Shown in pieces: positions 1 to 8,496 of a stretch of 64,000 nucleotides of DNA. The notes under the pieces were generated by a model. The model did not search any database and was not told where the DNA came from. It was given only the letters and a program-made list of their open reading frames with translations. Position numbers and translations under genes: made by a program. The stretch lies in sequence record OR844650.1. One strand, given 5' to 3'. The number at the start of each line of letters is the position of its first letter. Within the stretch, counting starts at the first letter, position 1.

Positions 1-261
1 AAAATCAACATCAGTTCTTACTTCTTTTCCTTCTTTGATGAATTGTTCAGTTGTCTTTTTAGCTGTACCACCACGAGTAGGATGACCCTGACCACACAAA
101 AAATTACTTGGAGTAATATTGAACTCACCAAAATCAGGGTCAATGATAGTTACTTTTGTTTTGTTATTGATGTACACAACTTTACTATAATCAAAATCTA
201 TATCAGTTCTTACTTCTTTTCCTTCTTTGATGAATTGTTCAGTAGTTTTTTTGGCTGTCAT
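1..261 (-). CDS. DUF723-like repeat protein, probable homing endonuclease; 3' part runs off the window
   Basis: Hand translation from ATG at 261, absent from the ORF track: MTAKKTTEQFIKEGKEVRTDIDFDYSKVVYINNKTKVTIIDPDFGEFNITPSNFLCGQGHPTRGGTAKKTTEQFIKEGKEVRTDVDF. About 45-bp DNA direct repeat at ~9-55 and ~200-246. Confidence 0.7.
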   Translation of the reverse strand, partial: MTAKKTTEQFIKEGKEVRTDIDFDYSKVVYINNKTKVTIIDPDFGEFNITPSNFLCGQGHPTRGGTAKKTTEQFIKEGKEVRTDVDF

Positions 262-299
262 TTTTCTTAATCCTTAGTACGTTTCGTTTCGATGAGTAC

Positions 300-337
300 A
301 TAATACAAAAAAGGGTGACCGAAGTCAACCCTTTTTT
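300..337 (-). terminator. Composite cUUCGg terminator and sigma70 promoter (TTGACT-17-TATTAT); -35 overlaps TGA stop of upstream gene
   Basis: Minus strand GGGTTGAC-TTCG-GTCACCC-TTTTTT-G-TATTAT. Confidence 0.85.
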
Positions 338-738
338 CTTTCAATCAAACATAGTCTACCAGAATGTACCATGCGATGGTGATTAGAACAAAGAATCATA
401 CACTTTCGAATTTCATCTTTGATAGCATCTCGACTTTTACTGAACATAGAACTTGGTGTATGATCTTTGGTATTAGGGTCAAGATGGTGAAAGTCTAAAC
501 ATTCTGGATACTTCATCATACAAATACTACAACCATAAAATGATTTAACTCTGGTCATGAAATCTTTATTTTTTCTTTTGATTTCTTCAAGTTTTTTGAC
601 ATCAGTTTTTTTATTTCTGGTTTTCTTACTGGTAATATTACTACAACCTTTGCATGTATTTCTATGTTTCCCAGTATCTTTTCTTATACCAAATTCACTA
701 ATGTCTTTTTCAATATTACACGTGATACACTTCTTCAT
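325..738 (-). CDS. HNH endonuclease with N-terminal CxxC zinc finger
   Basis: CITC..CKGC; CSIC...LDFHHLDP...CMILCSNHHRMVH. Confidence 0.85.
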   Translation of the reverse strand: MKKCITCNIEKDISEFGIRKDTGKHRNTCKGCSNITSKKTRNKKTDVKKLEEIKRKNKDFMTRVKSFYGCSICMMKYPECLDFHHLDPNTKDHTPSSMFSKSRDAIKDEIRKCMILCSNHHRMVHSGRLCLIERKKG

Positions 739-750
739 TGTTTAATCCAT

Positions 751-1038
751 TTATTCAACAATCCCCAACTTCACAATCTCATACCCGTCCAGATAGCCGT
801 AGGAACACTCAGGTGTTTCATAAGATGAACCATCATGGATGCCTTGGCATTGACTTTTGGAATTCTCAAGCAATCGTTGCAGTACTGATACGTCATCAAG
901 AACGTAATACAAGTTAGCATATAGGTCCGTTACAATACAGTACTCCAACATATCAAATGTATCAATCGAAATTTCAACCTTAGCAAATCGTTTCTTTTCT
1001 TTATTATACAGTGCGTACATATTAATCTCCATAATCAA
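751..1038 (-). CDS. hypothetical protein, paralog-like to 2883..3137
   Basis: MYALYNKEKKRF...YEIVKL resembles MFALRNKNTKEI...YEILQL. Confidence 0.7.
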   Translation of the reverse strand: MIMEINMYALYNKEKKRFAKVEISIDTFDMLEYCIVTDLYANLYYVLDDVSVLQRLLENSKSQCQGIHDGSSYETPECSYGYLDGYEIVKLGIVE

Positions 1039-1393
1039 GTTTAACTAACTTACCACCCAGATACCCAAAGTTTTCTGGCTTCGCATCTGAATAGAAGAAG
1101 TCAGTACTTAACTCTGAATTCAATGCTAAAGCACACAACTCCACCCAAAATAAACCCCTATGTTGTACTGGCTTACAACGTTTCTGTATAGTTACTAGTC
1201 CAGTACATGATGACCACAACGTAGGGCAGATACCACTATTACTACGCTTGGAGTACTGCATCCACGAACGTTCATTGAGGTTAGCTATCATCCCTGTTAA
1301 GAATAGCTTCCAACTTTTAAAGGTTGGAATCTTGATAGCATATTCCCCAATGAGTATGACAGTTCGTGTTGCACCTTTCAAATCTATATTCAT
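1022..1393 (-). CDS. minimal protein-kinase-like protein
   Basis: GATRTV..YAIKIP (beta3 Lys), DAKPENFG (catalytic loop), LDYG (DFG-like). Confidence 0.65.
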   Translation of the reverse strand: MNIDLKGATRTVILIGEYAIKIPTFKSWKLFLTGMIANLNERSWMQYSKRSNSGICPTLWSSCTGLVTIQKRCKPVQHRGLFWVELCALALNSELSTDFFYSDAKPENFGYLGGKLVKLDYGD

Positions 1394-1402
1394 ATTTTTT
1401 AA

Positions 1403-1654
1403 TTAGAAGAACACAAACCAAGTCCAGAATAAATTCCACACTACAAATAAAGACATAGTGGTTTTATGTACAATATCAGCAGTACTGGTCCATCCTCCAC
1501 CGTGTCCTATTCCATTTATGAATAGAACTAAGAACAAGATACCATTTACTACAATAGTACATAGTAAGTACACAAACACATTCCATGCAAGTTCAGGGGA
1601 TACTAACGTAAATGGTAAAACAATTAGTAGTATTAGAACTAATAAAATTTTCAT
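1403..1654 (-). CDS. small membrane protein
   Basis: Three hydrophobic segments. Confidence 0.7.
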   Translation of the reverse strand: MKILLVLILLIVLPFTLVSPELAWNVFVYLLCTIVVNGILFLVLFINGIGHGGGWTSTADIVHKTTMSLFVVWNLFWTWFVFF

Positions 1655-1682
1655 TTATCGCCTCACTTAATTAACGTGACAA

Positions 1683-1859
1683 TTAGTACGAATCAGATTC
1701 CCAGTACTCGATTGCTTCTTTCAGCAATTCTTTAGCACGTTGTTTTGCAATGCGAGCGGGTAACAGATATGTGTACATTAACTGTCGCTTCACTTCATTC
1801 AGTGAAAGCTGTTCATGGTACAGTGCATCCATCAGTCGATTACGAGTACGTAGTTTCAT
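1683..1859 (-). CDS. hypothetical protein, 58 aa (not in ORF track)
   Basis: MKLRTRNRLMDALYHEQLSLNEVKRQ...EYWESDSY; AAGGA SD upstream; fills the gap between neighbours. Confidence 0.65.
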   Translation of the reverse strand: MKLRTRNRLMDALYHEQLSLNEVKRQLMYTYLLPARIAKQRAKELLKEAIEYWESDSY

Positions 1860-1870
1860 ATAAGTTATCC

Positions 1871-2425
1871 TTATTTCAAAGAATCATAGTAAGCAGTGTC
1901 AAAGATTGGAGTCATAATAACATAGTCAATACGGTCAATGTAAGTTGAACTCCACATTTCTGGTTTGTCATATAACTGACGCTCGCGTTCATTCATACGA
2001 GTCAGTACTTCTTCCAATTTACTACGTGAATCCATCAATGTATTACTCGAACCATAAGTGAAGTACTCAGTCCAATGATATTCATATTCAGTACTGATAG
2101 ATTGAATAGTACCATCTTTGAAATGAGCTAAGGCATAACCTTTCTCTACAAAGTTATCAGGTGGAAGAACACCATCTGGATTAGTTTTCAAGGCTTGTGC
2201 TAACTTTTCTTTAATTTCAGTTAACGTGCATACTGAACGAATGTTCTTCAGGTTTGATACTTGAAAATCACTGTACTTTCCAAAGAAAAAGACACGCCAA
2301 TCTTTAGGTTCATTATCAGATACGGTAGCATTAGGATGATGGGCGAGTAAACGAAGAAGGCCAGCTTTATGACCGTTAATGTAGATTTCATGGATGTGGT
2401 TAGCAGTTTTCTTAAAAGTAATCAT
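1871..2425 (-). CDS. hypothetical protein
   Basis: 184-aa ORF, GAGGA SD, downstream of a consensus promoter. Confidence 0.75.
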   Translation of the reverse strand: MITFKKTANHIHEIYINGHKAGLLRLLAHHPNATVSDNEPKDWRVFFFGKYSDFQVSNLKNIRSVCTLTEIKEKLAQALKTNPDGVLPPDNFVEKGYALAHFKDGTIQSISTEYEYHWTEYFTYGSSNTLMDSRSKLEEVLTRMNERERQLYDKPEMWSSTYIDRIDYVIMTPIFDTAYYDSLK

Positions 2426-2473
2426 GGTAGTTCCTCGATTGTAGGGATGAGAAGTTCATCCCCCTTGATAAGC

Positions 2474-2501
2474 ATTATACAGTACTGAATGTGTTTGTCA
2501 A
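2474..2501 (-). promoter_or_regulatory. sigma70-type early promoter TTGACA-16-TATAAT with CAGTACTG abutting -10
   Basis: Minus strand TTGACA aacacattcagtactg TATAAT. Confidence 0.8.
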
Positions 2502-2502
2502 C

Positions 2503-2898
2503 TCAAAATAAATTCATTTCATGTGCGTATTGTGGTTCAAGATAAGATAAGTTTTTGAAACTGTCTTTCAATTCCGCAGCATCTACGTACACAGTACCAG
2601 GTACATTCCCCATAGTGAAGCCAACCCAAACAGACATGTTTCCAGTTCCTAAGCGGGGCATTGATAGCGTCCCATCAGGTGAAACATCAAACGCTACACT
2701 AAAGTCATCCGTTACAACTTCCGAACCATTTTCCAGAATAATACAACCACGTTCTTTAAGCTTCTGAATGTGGATAGCAGCCTCTACAGCACGTTTAAAG
2801 TTATAGTAAGACTCTTTATCCTCAAACATAGATTGTTTAACCAGACGCTTGTTTAGCTCGGTTACTTTGTGCATTTGACGCATTACTTCAACTCCCAC
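2503..2898 (-). CDS. hypothetical protein
   Basis: 131-aa ORF in operon. Confidence 0.7.
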   Translation of the reverse strand: MGVEVMRQMHKVTELNKRLVKQSMFEDKESYYNFKRAVEAAIHIQKLKERGCIILENGSEVVTDDFSVAFDVSPDGTLSMPRLGTGNMSVWVGFTMGNVPGTVYVDAAELKDSFKNLSYLEPQYAHEMNLF

Positions 2899-3137
2899 AG
2901 TTGTAGAATTTCATAAGAGCCTGGTGGTGCTGGATTGATAATCTCAGGGTATTCAGTACTGTTAGGATTACCACCAGCATTGAACTCAGCAAGTAATAAT
3001 TCGAGTTCATTCCTATCATGTACAACAAACACGCAATATCCAGTTCCTTCTTCAAGAACTGTAGTTGATCCCGCACAATCCCATACGGTATCTAAACATA
3101 ATATTTCTTTAGTGTTTTTGTTACGCAATGCAAACAT
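2883..3137 (-). CDS. hypothetical protein, paralog-like to 751..1038
   Basis: Shared N- and C-terminal motifs; GGAG SD. Confidence 0.7.
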   Translation of the reverse strand: MFALRNKNTKEILCLDTVWDCAGSTTVLEEGTGYCVFVVHDRNELELLLAEFNAGGNPNSTEYPEIINPAPPGSYEILQLWELK

Positions 3138-3146
3138 ATATGTCTC

Positions 3147-3491
3147 CTATCGATTCGGCATATTCTTTCGTAGTCGCAAGAGAAATTCAACCACTGACCA
3201 TGTTGCAATGAAGGCAATATAAGTTGCAAGGAATCCGGTAAGAATAAATGCAACCAGCGTACTACCATTTGGTGCAGCAGTTTTAATGCCGATGACACCA
3301 TCGACTACAGTGAAACATGTAGCCATGAATGTGTAACATACGTACAACACAAAGAAAAACTCATTCTCCATTGAAGGATAGAAACGGTTAAACACTTTAT
3401 AAAATTTAAAGTACAGTAGGATTATACCAACAAAGGCATAGAATGTAAACAGTGTTGTTATAATATATGAGATTAGGTTCAAATTATACAT
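3147..3491 (-). CDS. membrane protein, tandem paralog 1 of 3
   Basis: 3 TM segments; FKFYKVFNRFYP and C-terminal LRKNMPNR. Confidence 0.75.
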   Translation of the reverse strand: MYNLNLISYIITTLFTFYAFVGIILLYFKFYKVFNRFYPSMENEFFFVLYVCYTFMATCFTVVDGVIGIKTAAPNGSTLVAFILTGFLATYIAFIATWSVVEFLLRLRKNMPNR

Positions 3492-3492
3492 A

Positions 3493-3840
3493 TCAACGCT
3501 CCGGTAGATTATCACGTAATGTTTTAATTCGATGATACATTTTCATACCAATATTACCAAAGATACCATATCCAAGTACTAAAATGTATGCAATAAGCAT
3601 AGTAATAATTACTATAGTACCAAAACTATAATGTACACTACTGATACCCATTGTAGTTTCAACGATTATTTGAGAAACTGAAAGAATCAAAAGTACAACT
3701 ACAATTGGATGATTTGGGTACATTCGGTTGAACAACGTTTTGTACTTAAAGAAGCACAGTACTCCACCAAATAAGAAGTAAACAATGTAAATGCAAGCAA
3801 CAGCATAGGCAAACATGTTAGTGTAATAAATCATTACCAA
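3493..3840 (-). CDS. membrane protein, tandem paralog 2 of 3
   Basis: 3 TM segments; FKYKTLFNRMYP and C-terminal LRDNLPER. Confidence 0.75.
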   Translation of the reverse strand: MVMIYYTNMFAYAVACIYIVYFLFGGVLCFFKYKTLFNRMYPNHPIVVVLLILSVSQIIVETTMGISSVHYSFGTIVIITMLIAYILVLGYGIFGNIGMKMYHRIKTLRDNLPER

Positions 3841-3843
3841 TCC

Positions 3844-4182
3844 TTACTTTTCAGGGATATTAGAACGCCATATATCAATGCGATGAACTAGTCCAAAGAA
3901 CAACCATACTGGAACGGCAGCTATCATAACAACAAATGAAAACCCAGTCAAGACCGATACCAGATTTAATTCATCAGTACTATACCCACATATCAGTACT
4001 TCTAATATTCCCCACGTACATGCACAAAACATCAAGAATGAAATTGGGGCATCATAGTAGATACGTTCATATAAAGTAGTGTATCGGAAGAATGCAATAA
4101 TGTAGCAAAACATATAATACACCCAAACCAAAGATACTACATAAAATGATACTTTGTTTATTAATTCAAAATATTGTTCCAT
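3844..4182 (-). CDS. membrane protein, tandem paralog 3 of 3
   Basis: 3 TM segments; FRYTTLYERIYY and C-terminal WRSNIPEK. Confidence 0.75.
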   Translation of the reverse strand: MEQYFELINKVSFYVVSLVWVYYMFCYIIAFFRYTTLYERIYYDAPISFLMFCACTWGILEVLICGYSTDELNLVSVLTGFSFVVMIAAVPVWLFFGLVHRIDIWRSNIPEK

Positions 4183-4184
4183 TT

Positions 4185-4466
4185 TTACCCCAATATATAT
4201 TCAGAGAGTAATGTATTAGCTTCATCTTTGTTCTTAAGGTAATACATGTAATATAGATTCGGTTCACCATCTTTAGCACTCAAATCGAAGTACTTTAAAC
4301 TATGTACTTTCATAGTAAAAACAAATAATGACTTAAAACCAATCTCACCGTACTTAACAAATAGTTCATCCAAATGAATGTAACTTTTTGATTTGGATAA
4401 TTCTTTAACGTCTGCATCAATTTCAGATAAAAGATGCTTACCTATTAAGTTTTCAAATGAACGCAT
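4185..4466 (-). CDS. hypothetical protein
   Basis: 93-aa ORF with AAGGA SD. Confidence 0.7.
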   Translation of the reverse strand: MRSFENLIGKHLLSEIDADVKELSKSKSYIHLDELFVKYGEIGFKSLFVFTMKVHSLKYFDLSAKDGEPNLYYMYYLKNKDEANTLLSEYILG

Positions 4467-4527
4467 GATTTTATCCTTTACCGCAATTTTTATGGTTTAT
4501 TAAGAATACATCAGAACATCAGTTCTG

Positions 4528-5169
4528 TCAATAAAAAACTGGATCTTCTTCAGTAATTGGTATTTCTCTACGCACATCACACGAAAGAGGATCAGTAATG
4601 AATACATTCCCATCTTTATCCATCATTACATTACTTGAATGAATGTCTGGTACAAAACGCCCGTGAAACTCTTTCATGATGTTAGCAGCGACCGTCGCAA
4701 TAGCAATCTCTTCAGAATTTCCACGCATATCATTCACTGAAGTAGCGTACTGACCAGCATGTGCATAAGAATATAAATCTCCAATTTTAGTACTAACAAA
4801 GTCATCATAATTATTTTTTTGTTTAATTATAGGATAGTACTTGTCCATCTCATACCATCCAAAGTTTCCTTGTTCGTTGGCACTGTAGATCACTGGAAGA
4901 AACTTGGTTCCTGCGTTTTCAATGCAGTACTTTGCATAAGCACGAAAACCATCCCAGCGTGAAGTGGTTACTTTAAATGCTCGTCCAGGATAGTTTTTAT
5001 GTTCAACTACTACAGAGTACATCCCCATTCCAAGCAAAGTAAGTCCAGCAGCTTTAACTTGTGGAAAGATTACGCGTTCAGCATAAGGAATATCAAACTC
5101 CATCGCACAACGAGTTTTTGATGGACGCAAAATGTCAATTAAAGTTTTGAATATTTCTTGCTTAGTCAT
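4528..5169 (-). CDS. Ser/Thr protein kinase, T7 gp0.7-like
   Basis: LGMGMYSVV Gly loop, RAFKV, DIHSSNVMM catalytic loop, ITDP; start moved to MTKQ after GAGGA SD. Confidence 0.8.
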   Translation of the reverse strand: MTKQEIFKTLIDILRPSKTRCAMEFDIPYAERVIFPQVKAAGLTLLGMGMYSVVVEHKNYPGRAFKVTTSRWDGFRAYAKYCIENAGTKFLPVIYSANEQGNFGWYEMDKYYPIIKQKNNYDDFVSTKIGDLYSYAHAGQYATSVNDMRGNSEEIAIATVAANIMKEFHGRFVPDIHSSNVMMDKDGNVFITDPLSCDVRREIPITEEDPVFY

Positions 5170-5197
5170 TACTTTATCCTCTGTAGTTAATATCAAC

Positions 5198-5234
5198 ATC
5201 ATAACAAAAAAGGCTGACCGAAGTCAACCCTTTT
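5198..5234 (-). terminator. Composite cUUCGg terminator and promoter (TTGACT-18-TATGAT)
   Basis: GGTTGAC-TTCG-GTCAGCC-TTTTTT-GT-TATGAT. Confidence 0.85.
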
Positions 5235-5238
5235 ATTA

Positions 5239-5658
5239 TCATTTACAGTTTTCTATAACTATTGCACGTTTTAGTATTTTACTTTCATAAACATACTTAA
5301 GATGACCTTCTTCACGAATACGATTGAACACATATCCTAGTTTATCTTTTAGTACTGAAGCGGTATCAATGTCAAGATTAACTTCAACCCCTCCTGTTAA
5401 TTTAACTTTATATGTAAAGCTAAAAGCATCACCAGATTCAACCAATGGGACTACTTGTTCATACGTATTCAACATAACTCGTTCATCATTAACTAAATTA
5501 TATATTACTATATCACAAGTTTTTACCCCAATTTCCTCTAAGGTAGGAGCATTGTCTACTATAACATCTTTTACTGTATTAGCAACCTGTTTAGCATCTG
5601 CTGCATATACATTAAAACTAAAAAGTACTAAAATAATACTTAAAAAAATCTTTTTCAT
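5239..5658 (-). CDS. exported protein
   Basis: Signal peptide MKKIFLSIILVLFSFNVYA. Confidence 0.75.
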   Translation of the reverse strand: MKKIFLSIILVLFSFNVYAADAKQVANTVKDVIVDNAPTLEEIGVKTCDIVIYNLVNDERVMLNTYEQVVPLVESGDAFSFTYKVKLTGGVEVNLDIDTASVLKDKLGYVFNRIREEGHLKYVYESKILKRAIVIENCK

Positions 5659-5667
5659 TATATATCC

Positions 5668-5985
5668 TTATTTTATTTTACACGTCATATCGGGTTGTGC
5701 TGGTTTATTATTTTTAAACGGATTAGGTTTTTTATCTTTCTTTTTATCTTTTAAAGGTTTTTTGTCTTCTTTTTTATCTTTGTCTTTTTTATTTTTATCA
5801 GGTTCAGAGGGAGTATTACATTGTGCTGGGGGTTGATTAGTTGGAGTACAGCTATTGTCTGATGGGAGTATTACTTCTTTACAATTGTAAAATAGTAAAC
5901 TTTTATTTGTGGTTAAATTATGAAAACGATAGTTACGTTCATTATTATAATAAATTGTTTTAGTACTTTCAATGTCATTGCACAT
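5668..5985 (-). CDS. hypothetical protein with Lys/Asp-rich low-complexity tail
   Basis: PDKNKKDKDKKEDKKPLKDKKKDKKP. Confidence 0.55.
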   Translation of the reverse strand: MCNDIESTKTIYYNNERNYRFHNLTTNKSLLFYNCKEVILPSDNSCTPTNQPPAQCNTPSEPDKNKKDKDKKEDKKPLKDKKKDKKPNPFKNNKPAQPDMTCKIK

Positions 5986-5995
5986 TGCTACTGAA

Positions 5996-6247
5996 TCACC
6001 GGAACTCTTTTTCTATTCCCATTACATCAGTCTTACGCTCAGATAGTATACCTGAAGTATATGAATCTTTGTTGTCAAACGCATTAAATCCAATAGTTCT
6101 GTCGGTGTCGTGTATTATTCCTTTTGTGTATGAGGTAGTATAGAACTCCCCATTTCTGAAATCCTGCCTTGCTACTGAGCAATGATAATCTGCACCATAA
6201 GCAGTACTGGAAAATAATACAATTCCAAATATAATATATTTTTTCAT
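5996..6247 (-). CDS. small exported protein
   Basis: Signal peptide MKKYIIFGIVLFSSTAYG; the track start at 6307 is a TTG inside the terminator. Confidence 0.7.
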   Translation of the reverse strand: MKKYIIFGIVLFSSTAYGADYHCSVARQDFRNGEFYTTSYTKGIIHDTDRTIGFNAFDNKDSYTSGILSERKTDVMGIEKEFR

Positions 6248-6276
6248 TGTAATCCCTCTTCTTAATTCCTCTTTTG

Positions 6277-6313
6277 TATTTACAAAAAAAAGGCTGACCG
6301 AAGTCAACCTTTT
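6277..6313 (-). terminator. cUUCGg terminator followed by TAAATA late-promoter core
   Basis: GGTTGAC-TTCG-GTCAGCC-T8-G-TAAATA. Confidence 0.8.
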
Positions 6314-6319
6314 AAATGT

Positions 6320-7831
6320 TTATTTTTTATCCTTTCCAACACCACTGTCGTACTCTTTGAATGAGTTATCAAGTGTAGTTAGTGCATACTCATATGCTTC
6401 TGGTGATTCAATGTCAACATCATCTGCACCATTTACTAAATCAGCCCACGCCTTTTGAAGTTTACGAGCATTGTTACCAACATTATCTTTAATCCAACTA
6501 ATGTTTTTGTTGATACTTTTACGATCAGCACCTGCTTTTTTGCCAATCTCGGATATCCACATCATTAGCTTTTGAAGTTCATGAATTGATTTATCGGTCA
6601 TTTCAAGATGTTCTTCTTCCATACCTTCGGAATCAGATGAACCAACGTCAATTCCATGTTTAGCTAATAGTTTACCAAGTTCAAAGAATGCAGCTTCAGC
6701 AGGGAAGTCATAACCTTTCTCTTTGTAGTTATTCCATGCACTATCAAACTCGTCAACAAAACGGTTAGCATAATCTGGATTTTTAACTAATGCTTTATAT
6801 ACTGCAATTGCATGTTCAAAACCTTCTTTATCTGACCCAAACTCTTCCATCTCAGGACGATGAATGTATCCATCCATATCAACGGTATCAGGTAGTTCTT
6901 CTTGCTCAGGCTCAACATCTTTCTGTTCAACTGCACCCTCTTCATCTGCACGCTTTAGATAACCATCTGGTGTTACCTTCTCACCATGTTCTGCTTCATA
7001 CTTTTTCATAGTGTTGAATGCAGCATCCATAGCTGTTACGAAGCGACTTTTCTCACCTTGTACATAAGATTTAAGTGCACTGTTAACTGCATCTGATACG
7101 AGCTTAACCTTATCGTCTTTACCTTCTAAACGGTTTTCAAGTTTAGCCAGTACATTCTTGACTTGCTGGGCATTAGCACGGTCCGCTTTACCAATATTAT
7201 CAAAAGTTTTAAGAATACCATCAAGACTTGCTTCACCCTGTTCAGGTTCTTTGGAATCTTCTTTGTGTGTACCTTCAAGTGCACGCATGATAGTACTGAA
7301 TACTTCAGTTGGTTCAGTGCTCTTATTACCTTTCATTACATCAAGTACAGCTTGTGCTTTACCTTTGAGTTCTTCTTTAGGAACTGCCTGTAGTGCTTTG
7401 ACAATACCCTGAATCAACTGTGGTTTGTTAGCAAAGATCTTACCTAAGTTATCTGATAACTCTTTAACAGGGTTAGCAGCTTTAGGTACTTCTGCTTTTG
7501 GTTCTTCTTTAGGAACTGCTTGTTCTTTCTCAGCACGTTCCATATCAGCTAGGCGTTGTTTTTGTGTAGCATTAAGAAGTCCCAATGAATTAACATAACG
7601 TAGCTTTTCTAGCTCAGTCATGTTCTCAGTACTCTTAACTTCACCTGCTTCTGCGTTTGCTTTACCAGCTAGACCAGTTCCTTGGTTACGTGACCCACGT
7701 GAACCTTGACCTGCTTGATAACTATTTGGACGGCGGTTGCGTTCACTCCATTTATCAGAGTGACCAGCCATGTTACCACCATTTTTATCAGTAAAATTAC
7801 TTGGCATTTGATTTCTCTCCATAGATTTCAT
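6320..7831 (-). CDS. 503-aa charged, helical protein; possible virion internal protein
   Basis: Low-complexity Lys/Glu/Ala-rich sequence; TATAAATA upstream. Confidence 0.6.
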   Translation of the reverse strand: MKSMERNQMPSNFTDKNGGNMAGHSDKWSERNRRPNSYQAGQGSRGSRNQGTGLAGKANAEAGEVKSTENMTELEKLRYVNSLGLLNATQKQRLADMERAEKEQAVPKEEPKAEVPKAANPVKELSDNLGKIFANKPQLIQGIVKALQAVPKEELKGKAQAVLDVMKGNKSTEPTEVFSTIMRALEGTHKEDSKEPEQGEASLDGILKTFDNIGKADRANAQQVKNVLAKLENRLEGKDDKVKLVSDAVNSALKSYVQGEKSRFVTAMDAAFNTMKKYEAEHGEKVTPDGYLKRADEEGAVEQKDVEPEQEELPDTVDMDGYIHRPEMEEFGSDKEGFEHAIAVYKALVKNPDYANRFVDEFDSAWNNYKEKGYDFPAEAAFFELGKLLAKHGIDVGSSDSEGMEEEHLEMTDKSIHELQKLMMWISEIGKKAGADRKSINKNISWIKDNVGNNARKLQKAWADLVNGADDVDIESPEAYEYALTTLDNSFKEYDSGVGKDKK

Positions 7832-7848
7832 TTTTTTCTCTATGTCTA

Positions 7849-7892
7849 TATTTATAGTATAAAGAAAAGGCTGACCGAAGTCAACCTTATTT
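7849..7892 (-). promoter_or_regulatory. Composite cUUCGg terminator, sigma70 promoter (TTGACT-17-TATACT) and overlapping late promoter TATAAATA
   Basis: GGTTGAC-TTCG-GTCAGCC-TTTTCTT-TATAC-TATAAATA. Confidence 0.85.
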
Positions 7893-7894
7893 TG

Positions 7895-8008
7895 TTACTT
7901 AGATTGTTCTTGTGCAGGTGGATTTACTTTTTGATCCACTACATAGAATACACCACCAACCAGTACTGCGGCGATGAGTGCAGCAACTACAAATTTTAAA
8001 CCTTGCAT
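7895..8008 (-). CDS. 37-aa single-pass membrane microprotein (not in ORF track)
   Basis: MQGLKFVVAALIAAVLVGGVFYVVDQKVNPPAQEQSK; GAGGT SD; promoter upstream and terminator downstream. Confidence 0.75.
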   Translation of the reverse strand: MQGLKFVVAALIAAVLVGGVFYVVDQKVNPPAQEQSK

Positions 8009-8037
8009 ATATGATACCTCAGTTATATTGAGAAGTT

Positions 8038-8075
8038 ATGATACAACAAAGGGCTGACCTTAGTCAACCCTTTTT
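8038..8075 (-). terminator. Variant composite terminator and promoter (TTGACT-18-TATCAT)
   Basis: GGGTTGAC-TAAG-GTCAGCCC-TTTGTTG-TATCAT. Confidence 0.8.
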
Positions 8076-8076
8076 A

Positions 8077-8460
8077 TTACTTCTTGAACTTATGTTTTTC
8101 ACTTTCGATTGCATTCACGATTTCATCATGAATTTTACGAAGATTGTGAGTTTTCTTGAGAGAATCATGCAATGCACGGAATGCAGAGTGTACAGTTGCT
8201 TTAAAGTGCTCTTTAGGAGTTACTTTAAGTTTCTCGATAATATCACGTACATAGATTGGGTGATCCTCAAACACACGATTAAGCTCATGACCTAGTGATT
8301 CTAGGCTAAATGCTTTTTCACGGGATGGACGATCATGTGCAAGACTTTGGTCTGGTTTTAGAAGACCTAGTGAATCTAGATACTTGTGCTTATGTGCATT
8401 GTCTAGACCAGAAATATCAACATCATGTGATGGATCTTTCTTATTCCATTTATCAACCAT
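8077..8460 (-). CDS. hypothetical late protein
   Basis: KYLDSLGLL matches RYVNSLGLL in 6320..7831; TATAAATA upstream. Confidence 0.7.
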   Translation of the reverse strand: MVDKWNKKDPSHDVDISGLDNAHKHKYLDSLGLLKPDQSLAHDRPSREKAFSLESLGHELNRVFEDHPIYVRDIIEKLKVTPKEHFKATVHSAFRALHDSLKKTHNLRKIHDEIVNAIESEKHKFKK

Positions 8461-8496
8461 TTTTATAACTCCTATAAGAGATAAATTTTACTATAA

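Noticed and set aside
5668-5985. Lys/Asp-rich stretch read as a tandem DNA repeat element
   Set aside because: It is imperfect low-complexity coding sequence with no regular unit.
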